A program made the translations under genes and the position numbers. The notes below the pieces were generated by a model that did no database searches, had not been told where the DNA came from, and saw only the letters and a program-made list of their open reading frames with translations. From the human T2T-CHM13v2.0 reference genome, Homo sapiens: a stretch of DNA of 64,000 bases. The stretch lies in NCBI RefSeq assembly GCF_009914755.1, contig NC_060927.1; one strand, given 5' to 3'. This document shows, in pieces, positions 20,891 through 39,358 of the stretch (position 1 is its first letter; every line of letters starts with the position of its first letter).

Positions 20891-21708
20891 AATTGAAAAC
20901 TATCCATTGTGTGTTTTTCCTCTGAAGCTTTTGTAATGGAAATTCTTTTAAAAAGAGGGGGACATGGAATATAGTTTTCATAATATCCGCACATTCCATT
21001 CCAAGTCACACCTCCACACAGTTGTATTTGAGGACGTGGGCTTGAAATCTGGCTCCACTACTTAATAATTACATGACTCAACCATTTTGGCCCCACCTTT
21101 CTTAAATATTAAATGAGAGTGATAATACTCTGCTTTAGAAATATTGTATTCAATGAGAACAAGTGATAGTGTTTTCTTAACTGTAATGTAGCTTCCAATT
21201 TTTATACGGTCTCTAGTAAAACCTTTTAATTGAAAGGGTCCACTTTTTAACATTTCATTTTGAAATGCTGGAAGTATTAATAATTAGTACCTGTTACTTG
21301 ATATTCATTCATTCAAAAAATATTTATTAAGACAATACCTTGTGCCAGGCACTGTCTTAGGAAATAATCAGTGAAATTGATGCTTTTGAAACTGAGGCCT
21401 AACCTATAAAGAGATCTTGTGTTTGTTACACAAATAATGTTGACTTCACATAGTTCTAGTCTGGAATTGGGCCAAGGGTAAGATAAAGCAAAGTTGTTTT
21501 TTTTTTTAAATTGTTAACATTTTAAGTATATTTGCCATGAGAATGAACTATCCTTTAAAGAATGAATCTGAAAAGCTACACTTACACATTATAACAGAAA
21601 ATACATGTCTAGATTGGAAAAAAAGTAACTTTAAATGAAACTAGAGATTCTTCCCCATTATTAGCTCCTAACTGAATTTGAATGTTTTAAATATAAGTAG
21701 TAAGATCA

Positions 21709-21888
<180 letters not shown>

Positions 21889-22464
21889 CTACTTCGGAGG
21901 CTGAATCAGTAGGATCACTTGAGCCTGGGAGGCGGAGGTTGCAGTGAGCCGATATCGCTGCACTCCCTGAGTGACACAGTGCAACCCTGTCTCAAAAAAA
22001 AAAAAAAAAAAAAAAAAGAAAAAAGTCAAAGAGTTGTTTTAGGTGCATAGATTCTGATTTATTTGCTTTAATTATATTCTGGTCTAATTTCACAGTATCT
22101 ACTAAGACTTGAGGGTCATTCATAATAGTTGACCCCTCATTTTCCTCCGTGTCTGCTTTTAAGAAATGTATTTGGTTTCTGTGAAGGCATGTATATAACT
22201 TACGTTCTTTTAACGAGAAACAGTGAAAACGTGTAATTCGAAGAAGGAGTGTTCAATTTAATTCATCATTCTTAGTCTTTCCTTTTCTTAGCAGCTTTTG
22301 TATATATACTCTCTGGAATGATTTGTTTAAAGAGAAGAGTTCAGAGAAAGGAGAATGTATTGATTTCCAAGTAGAACAGATAATTGAATTTTCTTAATAA
22401 AGCATTATTAAAATTTAGCTGCATAACCCAGAGTGTATTTTCTTCTTTAATAAGCACCATCTAG

Positions 22465-22782
22465 ATTTGTCCTGTCCAGTAGGGTAACAACGAGCTACAC
22501 GTGGCTGTTGAGCACTTGAAATGTGGCTAGTCTGAATTAAGATGCTGTAAGTGTATGTTTAATACATAGTGGGCTTTGAAAAAAGATTTATTATGCAAAA
22601 AAGTCAGCATCTTATCAGTCTTTTAAAAGTATGATTACATGTTGAAATGATAACTTTTGCATATGCTAGGTTAAATAATATATTAGAATTAACTTTTTTT
22701 TACTTTTTAAAAAATGAGATTACTAGAGAATTTCAATGTATATGTTGCTTATGTTAACATTTCTGTTGGATCTTACTGCTCT
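22465..22782. mobile_element. MER33-like hAT-Charlie element
   Basis: ctgtccagtagggtaac...gagcacttgaaatgtggctagtctgaatt. Confidence 0.65.
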
Positions 22783-23965
22783 GGATCATAGCCTAATATA
22801 AAGGACATAGGTAAACATCTCAATTTGGATAACTGTCAAAGAATTTGAACACAAGTTGGATTACCCCTGTCTTCTAAGTCCCCTTGTTCAATGCCTGATT
22901 TATAATAGTGGCTGAATAAATATTTGCCAAATATTGTATGTAGTTCGATTTTTCTTAGTAATAATCATCCTGAAGTAAATAACATTAGCAAGTAGTTCCA
23001 TTTATTTTACTGGAATAAATGAGAGGTGAGCAAGCTAATTTTAAAAACAAAATTTTGTGCTTTTATGGTGTTCTCTATTTTTTCAACAGAAATTGCCTGT
23101 TTGATTATTATGTATATATTTGTTTTCTGTAGAATTTCTTATTAAGATTCCTCTTCATGTTTATATTTTATGAAGATGAAATGTGAGGAGTGAATTTGTA
23201 AAAGAGATGATGATGGTTATTAATATACTATATTTGAGATTACTTTGCAGATTTGTTTAATACATTCTGTACCCCAGTACCCATTGTATTTGTTCACCTC
23301 TCCTCACTTAGATCCTTTCCTAGTGAGCATATTATTCCAGACATTGGAATCAGGGATTAGATTTGTGTGATAAGGACAAGGCAGGAGTCAGAGATCAAGT
23401 GTTAAGGCACCAGTCTAGGTCAGCAGTCAAGATCTTATAAAAGTTTAACGCTTCATCCCCCTTAGTGGAGTACTGAACCCCACTTATTTGGGGTTTGGTA
23501 TGGCCCCATTCATGAATTTTGGTTCAGTTTGGTACGGCTCCATTCATGAATCAATGAATGTGGAAATAAACTCTTGAAATTTTATTGTTCCTAAGTTTAT
23601 CTTTTAAAAATATGTTACCAAATTGCTCCTCAGAAAGGATTAAAAAAGAGAAAACACAGTTTCTACTCCTACCAACAGTACGTTGGAGTGCCTTTTTCAC
23701 TGAGAAAATCAAGAGTCATCGGTTTTTCATCTCCTTCACATTATAGGGGAACCTGCTTTCTGCTTTGAGTTTCTGGGGTTTTTTTTGTTTTGTTTTGTTT
23801 TTATTACTAGGAAGATTAACTTTTTTTCCTTGCGCATTTTTGTTTCTCTCAGCAGTTGTCCATTGATTACTGTTGTGTTTTTTCTATTGGGGCAGGTGTG
23901 TTTTCTTAATGAATTTTTAAAAAGAAATTTTAAGTGTTTGTCGTAGCTACTGTTTCTCTGTAGTA

Positions 23966-24777
<812 letters not shown>

Positions 24778-24982
24778 TATAATATTGCAAGTATTTTCTT
24801 TCCATTTGTTATATTTTCAACTTTTTGTGCTTTTTAAATATAAACATTTAAAATGTTTGAATTCAGGCTGGGTGTGGTGGCTCACACCTGTAATCCTAGC
24901 ACTTGGGAAGATCGCTTGAGCCTAGGAGTTTGAGATCAGCCTGGGCAATATAGTGAGACCCCATCCGTACAAAAATGTTTTA

Positions 24983-25165
<183 letters not shown>

Positions 25166-26674
25166 GACTAAATAAAAATTTTAAATTCAAATATATTACT
25201 GTTTCAGTGTAATGTTTAGAAAGTTCATCAGCATTACAAGATTACATTCACATATACTTTTTTCTTGTAGTTTTATATTTTCATTTTTAACATTAAAAAC
25301 TGTTAATCTATTGCAATCTATTTAGCTTATAGGGAGCAGCCTTCATCCTGAGTACAGGACACAAGGTCTGTGAAGCTATGATGCTCAGTAAATCTCTGGG
25401 CCTTATAGCAGATTCTAACCCTTACACATTCTCATCTACAGATTTTGAGCTCCTGTTATTTATAACATAGCATCTAGGTGATGAAATAGTGCATGTAAAA
25501 TATAATGATCGAATATGCAAGAGTTGAAATATGATTTTTAAGATTTTTAATGAGAATCAGGAAAGAGGATTTTAGAAGGGGTGTAATTTTACCTGGGTCT
25601 TGAAGAAATTCATGCAACAAATTTTGCATACAAATTTTGGCAACAAAATTCTTTGTTTATATGAAAATATACATGTTATATAACTTCTTATATATTATGC
25701 ATACATAACTAACAAAAATGTTTTTACTGTTATTTAACCAAAAAGAAAGATATAATAAGTACCATATGCCTGCCAGGTTTTATAAATATTAATCTTTAGT
25801 CATCATATTTCAATTTTATTTTAATAAGTAGGTAACAAATCCTTGAAACTTCCTGCCCCCTATTCATCTCCCACCATTCTTCCACAGAGTTAACCTTTAA
25901 TTGGAACTGATTTCTTGTCCATCTGTGTTTTTTCAGCATCACAAATACAACCTATCAAAGCTTTACTTCAAATTTATTAGTAAATTGTTTGCTGTGGCCA
26001 AGTCTAAAATAAGATACAGTACACAATGTTTCTAGTGGTCTGTTTTGTCCTCTTTGCTATGAACTTTTTCACTGAGGGAATACTTAGCTCCCTAATACCA
26101 TCATTCTTGGCCTAAATAAATATAACTGTAAATCTAGACCATTTATAGAAATTGCTGAGTTCTTAATTTTCCAATTAAGCTGTATGTACAGATTAGCAAG
26201 GATTATCTATTGTGCTGTATGCTGAACTGGAATATTTTACATCTCTTTTTATCCCCCTAGTTCTTCTTGATTATGCATAGTAAGAATTTTAGAATTTTAA
26301 TATAGAAAAGGACCTAAAGACATTCTTATTTTACCCCCTTATATTTTAGAGATGAAAAAATGGACACTAAGAATTTGACTTGATCAGGGCTTAAAAGCAG
26401 GCTATAAACCCAAGCTTGGCCTTCTCACTATTTATTCATACTCAGTAAATTTAGATAATGATTTTGCTGTAATATGGGGTTCTAGATCTGAATTGAAATG
26501 TCAGAAAATAGTGTACTGCAATAAAATCACACTGTTTTTTCGATACATTTTTTTCTTTCTATCAATTTGTCGTATAGTGATTTTTTAAAATTCTCACATA
26601 TGTATCATAAAACCTTGTTCTAAAGTCTTTTTTTGTATATGTATTTGTTACTTTTAGAATTTATGTTTATGTTA

Positions 26675-27126
<452 letters not shown>

Positions 27127-27300
27127 TTATCATATTGAAAGTATTGTCTTCCTTAGTTAAAAGATGAGGAAGTTTAGACTTGTAGGTGTTCAAATGATTG
27201 TGATAATGTCATTCAGGAAAGATTCAGAATTTAAATGTTTTCTAAGTTCAATCCTCCCTAATGCCATGATGCTTATATTTCTGATTTTTTTTTTTTTTAA

Positions 27301-27414
<114 letters not shown>

Positions 27415-27672
27415 TGACCAGTATTTCTGATATATTAATTTGTATATCCGTTATATAAAAAGGAATTCTGAGATAAGATATTCTCATATTCTCACTTAGG
27501 AGATCTATTATATACATTGTGTTGACTTGAACAATATTAATTATTAGCTTCTGGAGTATGGAAGTCTTCACTTGTTTCGGCAGATAGCTAAAGTGATGTA
27601 AAACAGACCTTTGGATCCCTTAATCTCTACCTTTGATTTTTTTTTGTTTTTACTAAGAATTATTTCAGTTTT

Positions 27673-29189
<1,517 letters not shown>

Positions 29190-30100
29190 TATTTCAGTTT
29201 TGAAAGTCTTTCTGTTAATTAGTACCTTGAAACCATGAGCATGTAAGCTTTTTCAGAAAACTTCAGCCAATTTGATATATATGGATATAATTACATTCTT
29301 TAATATGAACTATTTTGATGTGAAGATTTATATAAATTAGCTTCATTATAGTACTTTCTCAATCTAAAGTTATGTATTTTAATTTTACTTAGTATTTACT
29401 CAGCAAATGGGGTTCAGAAAATGTTTGTTGTTTCTTTCAGTAAAGAAGCCTACTGTGTGCCCAACACATTTGATACAGGCACTACAGAGCTGATAAAGAG
29501 AAGTTCTGGTAGAGGAGCCTGTATAAAAAGTAGCCGGGGATGGTTGTGAAGGGCTGAAGGAGTACTCGGCATGGAAGGAATCCTCGGCATGGCAGGCTTC
29601 CTGGGAGTGGCAGAAGTGGGGGCTGCCAAATTGAGACTTGATTCTCTATAAGGATTTTAAGCAGAAAAATGCTATGGTTAAATTTTTTTTTTTTTTTAAA
29701 CAGCCTCATGCTGTCAACCCAGGCTAGACTGCAGTGGCATGATCCCAGCTCATTGAAACCTTATTTAATTTTCATTATATCCCTTTAGAGTAGCTATTGT
29801 TATTATCCTATTTCATTCATGAAATTCTGAAAAGTAATGTGCCATATAGCTTAGAAATGGCAAATCTGGCACTTGAACTCAGGTCTCTAACACCAAATTT
29901 GTGGCTACATTTCAGAGTACCCATAATACCTCTTATGTTACTTATTACTAGTATAACATACTGCAAATCTTATAATACTACAGAGTCCTTTGTATCTCAG
30001 CCTTTCTAGTAATCAAAGACCCAGGGATGACTATAATATTAGGAGTAAGCGGCTCACTTTCAACTTCTGGAAAGGTTACATCATTAATTATTTGATAATA

Positions 30101-30775
<675 letters not shown>

Positions 30776-31509
30776 CTGGTTCCTTAAGTAGAAGTATATC
30801 AAGTTCCCTTTAGACTCACTACATTGTTGTATTGAGTTGTGACTATGTTCTTCTTTTGCTTAAGGCTGCTATGCTGAGATATGCTCTTAACCCCTTGTTT
30901 ATCAACTCATAATGTGATTGGTATTTTCTCGTGCAGTGTTCTCAGTCTGGAATCCCTTCATCTTCCTTCTGTTTTTACCTTTCCCTTGCTTGACTAACTT
31001 CTCACTTTAAGAACTTAGGTTAGGCATTACCTTAAGAAGCTTCTCTGACCTTCTGCCCTAACTTTGGGCTGGATAAAGTCCCCTTGTTTGGTATCCCATT
31101 ATCATCTTACATATATAGCTAAACATTTTAAACTTTCATAGTGTCAGAATGTATTTGTATTTATGTTTTAGTCACTGTCACTAGAGGTTGAGCACTTCAG
31201 GACAGAAAAGATGTCTGAGGCATTTTTGTGTCCACAATGCTTAACGTACTTTAATTGTATTACCATCTGACCAAATGATTAAATGATTGATTTTATTGCT
31301 AGTGTCAACTTTTATAGACACTGTAAACCTAAGAGTACTGTATATTATTTTTTCAATTTGAAGGGCTAATGTATTTGATCAAATAATCATCAAACTAAAA
31401 GATATTGGCAATCTTTGATCTTTCTGTTGTCATACAGCACCACAGCCAAACTGTTCCCAATAATAATTTACCATATTTTTGTATGTATGTGTGCATGCAT
31501 GTACGAATG

Positions 31510-33715
<2,206 letters not shown>

Positions 33716-34214
33716 ACTCATTTTAAATGCTACGTTATCCATCTTCTCTGGATAGTCATTTACTATATTTTGTTTTGGAAGTTATTTTGTACTTAAATCT
33801 TGTTCTTTGATATTTGATAGTTCTATGAATTAATTCATAATTATGAATTCTTAAAACAAAATAATAAAATTATATTCTTAGTATCTTGCAGCTTCCTTAG
33901 GAAGTAAATTCATATTTTTCATAGTTGATAAAGCAGGTACATTTCCAGATGGATAGAGGTTCCTAGACCTTGCCCACTACCTCTTCTCCATAAATCTATA
34001 ATCTGCTGTGGGTCTTTGTGGCATTCCCACTGGCTTCGCCACCAGCCAATTGAGAATGGGGCCCTGGAGTGCTGCTTATTGTGATTTACCTTATTCTTGC
34101 ACTGAGTCAAGTATAGACACAGCTTCTGTTTATTTCCCATGCTAGGTATGGGATGGTTGAAACATCTAGAAAAGATAAAGGCTTCTAGATAACAGAGGAA
34201 ATTAACATGGAATT

Positions 34215-34795
34215 CGTTTTACTCATAGTAGAAGTCAGAATCCTCACAATGGCCTATGGTCTAACATGAACTGGTCTCTGATGTGTCTCTGACTTCCTGT
34301 CTTCCTATTCTGCTCCTTTCTCACTTGGTTTCATCACAGTGGCTTCCTTGCTGATTCTTGGACCTTCCTGCATTTCTGTACCTAAGTGTCTTTGCAGCAG
34401 CTGTTCTCTCTTGCCCCGAATATATGCATGACTCACTCTCTCCTTCAAGTCTTTCCTCAGATTTTACCTTCTGAATAAGGTCTGCCTTGACCACCCTATA
34501 TAAAACTGCCCCCACCTCCCACCCCCAACCTTGATCCCTTGTACCCTGCTCTACTCTGTTTTTTTCCCCGTAGTACCTAATCACCTTATAATGTACTATA
34601 AAATTTACATAATAATTTATCGTATTATTAGTGTCTGTCTTTTGTCTCTAAAATGTAAGCTTAATAAGGAAGAGTTTCTTTATCTGTTTTTGTTTGTTTT
34701 ATTATGATAGTGGTTGCTGTAATAAACAAGTGTGTCTCAAATACCTAGAACACTGGTGTCTGGTATATAGAAGATGGTCAGTGGTTATTTATTTA
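34215..34795 (+). mobile_element. L2 3' fragment
   Basis: Pyrimidine-rich L2 3' motifs (aatgtaagc...cctagaacac...tggtatatag). Confidence 0.55.
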
Positions 34796-35981
34796 AGAAA
34801 TTATCAATTTGGCTTTTGCCAGACTGAGTTTGTTCTTTCCCAGCTTGTGACCCATAGCTAGACTGCCTCATACTCTCACCTCTGTCTTCTGTCTTTGTTA
34901 TATGGCCCCTTCAAGTACACCTGATTTTTTTTTTTTTGTAAATCTCTTGGATTTACAAGTCTAAATCCAAGAGAGCAAAGCCTAGAGAAATGAAAGGACA
35001 CCCTTTACGGCCATTTAAATTCTGTTTTCAGCCCTCCATGGGATGATTACTAAAGAGGAATAACTATACTCCATAGGAGATTGGCCATACCCTATGGTCT
35101 AAATATGGCAGCTGTGTTAAGCTGTGGCCTTCTTTTTCTATGTATTCCCAAGGCAGTTTTCATTTCCAAATCCATGGTGGTAATGGACTGTCTCACCTGT
35201 TATATTGTGCAGAGTTCAACCTAGAAAAGAAATGACTATATAGTGGTAAACAGAATCACCAAGTTAACAGGACTAGGACCAGTATAATAGGTTTGTTCCT
35301 TTATACCTGTCCCACATTTAAATCCCTACGAGTTAGGTGAATTAGGTTCTGGTTCTGAGTCTGTAACTGATTCATTGTGTGAGCTTTGACCAGATTACTT
35401 AATTTATCTGGACTTATGTTTCTTCAGTTTTTAAGTTGACTAGGTGTTTTTTTTTTCCCCCTGTGGAGTTTAGCTGTATCATGAGAAATATTTTAAACTT
35501 TACAATTATAGTATCCTTCTCTCAAAATGTTAGCACTTCATAATCATGTTATTATATATAAATTTATATTTGGTAAGATGCTACATATTTAAAAACAGTT
35601 ATGTACTTTCATAAGATAAACAGATTGGTGATATTTGTTAGCTTTCAATAAACTAGAAAATTGAGTCTTTAGCCATGATAGAGAACTCAGAGTTAGATTG
35701 TCTCCCTACCTCCCTTTCCATCTTCCTTCTTTCCCTTATTCTCTGTCCTTTGGATTATCTATTGTAGAGTTTTACTTTATTTGCTTAGAGAACAAAAGGA
35801 TGATCCTTTAAAGGTATTTTTCATGAATTTGCTTTTGAATCTATATTTTATTCATCATTGTACTCCCTAGCATCCAACAGATTTTCTTGTGCTTAATAGG
35901 TGCTCCTTAAATGTTGATTTAATTAATGAATTTGCATTTATTTTTCCTCAATACTAAATTAACAAAGAAAGTGATTTTTAA

Positions 35982-36116
<135 letters not shown>

Positions 36117-36639
36117 TGAATTATTTATTTTGTTAAGTTGCTTTATTCCTTATTAATTTGGTACAGATACTGTGCACTGCATTACTTTATATTCTTAGTA
36201 TATTTGTGACTCTTGTGGCGAATAGGCTCTGTCTTAATGGGACCAGACTATTATGTTTCAGATTTGAATACATGCAGAGATGCAGAGGCTCCTTGATGCC
36301 TTTGATCTGCTAAGAGGGAATAGTATCTGTATTCTAGACAATAGGAAGGAAAATTTAAAAAGATGAGCTGCCCCTGCTTTTAAGAATACCCATCTTCTAC
36401 TTACATTTTCCTGGCCAGAAGTTAGTCACATGCCTATGCTTAGATGAAAGAGAGGTATAGTTAGCCAGCATAGTTCTCTTTGAATCTCTTGATGCTTTTT
36501 TTCAATATAAGTAATTTTTATAATTAAATCTATATCATTAAACGGCTTTATATCATACGTACTGCATCTCATTGAATATTGAATATATATCATACATATT
36601 ACATCTCATTGAGTGTATCTCATTGAATGCTGGCTAGTC

Positions 36640-36808
36640 TTCTTTTTTTTTTTTTAATTTTTAATTTATTAGGTCTTTTTTTGGTAGAGATGGGGTCTCC
36701 CTATGTTGCCCAAGCTGGTCTGGAATGCCTAGCCTCAAGCTATTCTTCTGCCTTGGCCTCCAAGAGTGCTGGGATTACAGGCATGAGCCACCACGCCCAG
36801 CCCGGCCA
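36640..36808 (-). mobile_element. Antisense Alu monomer (FLAM/left-arm-like) in ARL13B intron 2
   Basis: gtagagatggggtctccctatgttgcc...gagccaccacgcccagcc. Confidence 0.88.
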
Positions 36809-36906
36809 GGTAATCTTAATTTAATGCTTTGTGCTACAATATAGCAGTATCTATGCTAGTGACTTTGTTGGGCACCTAGAATGTATCACCAGTCAGGCAT
36901 CTAAAG

Positions 36907-37420
36907 TGAGTCCCCAACCCCGGGGCCGTGGACCAATATCTGTCTGTGGGCTGGTTCTTAGGAACCAGCCCACAAAGCAGGAGGTAAGCAGCAGGCCAGT
37001 GAACGAAGCTTCATCTGTATTTACATCCTCTCCCCATTACTCACATTACTGCCTGAACATTGCCCCCTGTCAGATCAGTGGTGGCATTAGATTCTTAGGA
37101 CCATGAACCCTATGTGAACTGCACATGCAAGAGATCTAGGTTATGTGCTCCTTATGAGAATCTAATGCCTAATGATCTGTCACTGCCTCCCATCACCCCC
37201 CCAGATGGGACCATCTAGTTGCAGGAAAACAAGCTTGGGGTCCCACTGATTGTACATTATGGTGAGTTGTATAATTATTTCATTATGTATTACAATGTAA
37301 TAATAATAGAAATAAAGTGCACAATAAATGTAATGTGCTTGAATCATCCTGAAACCACCTCTATCCTCCAGTCCATGGAAAAATTGTCTTCTGCAAAACT
37401 GGTCCCTGGTGCTGCTGATC
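36907..37420. mobile_element. MER1A-like hAT-Charlie element
   Basis: ccccaacccc...gaagcttcatctgtatttac...cagatcagtggtggcattagattc...aaactggtccctggtgc. Confidence 0.8.
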
Positions 37421-37694
37421 TAAAGGGTAAGAATTGGGAGAAATGCATAACATGTATTTGTTTCTGGAAACTGATGATTGCAGTAAGATATCATGCTTAC
37501 TAAATAGTGGAAGGGCATTTATTAATTAACAGGTTGCAAAACTCACTGTTGGAAAAAAACATTTTCTCACCTCAAATGCTACTCTGTAATGTTAAGTAAA
37601 TTATCTGTTATTGTCTATGATTTTTTCTAAAGCCTATGTCTATGCTATCTTCTACGTTATATCTTCACAGGACACTCACTATCATTATTTAAAC

Positions 37695-38325
37695 TAGTGG
37701 TCAGCAAACTTTTTCTGTAAAGAGCTGAGTAGTAAATATTTTAGACCTTGCAGTCATCCAGTCTCCTTCTGAACTACAAAATTTTTATACTGTAGTGTGA
37801 AAGCAGCCATAGACCATCTGCATACATGCTGGGCACGGTGGCTCACACCTGTAATAATCCCAGCACTTTGGGAGGCCGAGGTGGGCAGATCACCTGAGGA
37901 CAGGAGTTCGAGACCAGGCTGGCCAACATGGCGAAACCCCATCTCTACTAAAAATACCAAAATTAGCTAGGTGTGGTGGCACACACCTGTAATCCTAGCT
38001 ACTCAGGAGGCTGAGGCAGGAAAATTGCTTGAACCCCGGAGATGGAGGTTGAGTGAGCTGGGATTGCGCCACTGCACTCCAGTCTGGGCAACAGTGAGAC
38101 TCCGTCTCAAAAAAAAAGAAGACAATCCGTATACAAATGAGCATGGCCAAGCTCCACTGAAAATTTATTTCCGGCACTGAAATTTGAATTTAATATAATT
38201 TTCATGTGTTAGGAAATATTTTTCTTTTAATTTTTTTTAGTCATTTAAAATGTAAAACACATTCTTAGCTTGTGGGCCATACAAAAACAAGTGGCAAACC
38301 AGATTTGACCTGGAGGCCATGACAC
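37695..38325. mobile_element. MER58B-like element interrupted by an Alu (~37828-38120)
   Basis: ggtcagcaaactttttctgtaaag...gtagtaaatattttag; 3' part ...ccatacaaaaacaagtggcaaaccagatttgacc. Confidence 0.75.
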
Positions 38326-39181
38326 CTTCTTCTAACCTTCTTTTATCCATTCCTCTAAAGCCTGACATTCATGGGAGCAGGCACCTTAGAATGTGCTAAT
38401 CAGATTACCTAATTTGTTATGTATACTGGGTGTACTTAGAACATCCTCTTTCCTTTCTTTCTCTTATGTATTCCACCTCCATATATTCATAAGTTCCTTT
38501 TTCTGAGTCTAGAAAATGCTTAATGTCAAAGCTGCCTTCAACTTCGAGCCCCACTCCCCATTCTCTTTTTGTCCTTCATCCCATATTTACTCTTCAGTTT
38601 CTTACTTTGAAATTTTTTTAGGACTATAATTTCTTAGAACTACTTGAAACTTCCCAGATGTAAGCCTTCTCTTTCCTTTATATTTTTGTGTTGTTCTCAC
38701 TTACCTAACTAGAGAGAATATCTACTGATGTTTAAAGATGTATTTTTGTCGTATAGTCTCCTCTTTTATAAAGTCCTTTTTAATTCCCAGCTGCCCCAAT
38801 TACTACCTTACTTAGTAGAATTGATCATGTCCACTTTTTTGGCCTGCTCTTCCTGATACCTACTTGGTCACTACTTAATTACATTTTGTTTGTGTATCTT
38901 TTTTCTTCAGGCTGTAAATTCTCTAAAGGCATTTTGCTTATTTTGGTGTCACAATTGTTTAGGCCATGCGCCTAGGTCTTCTTAAAACACCTCTCTCATG
39001 GCTCCTACTTTTCTACTTATTTCTGATTCTTTTCTGACTTCTCAGCCTTCTTTTTTTTTTTTTTATTTCCGTGTGAAATTGAGAAAAAGTTATCTGCTAG
39101 TTTCTTTTCAGATGTGTCTACCTCTCCTCTGACTGTGTTGCCATTGGCTAAATCCAAACCCTCAGTTTGTTTTATCTATGA

Positions 39182-39358
<177 letters not shown>

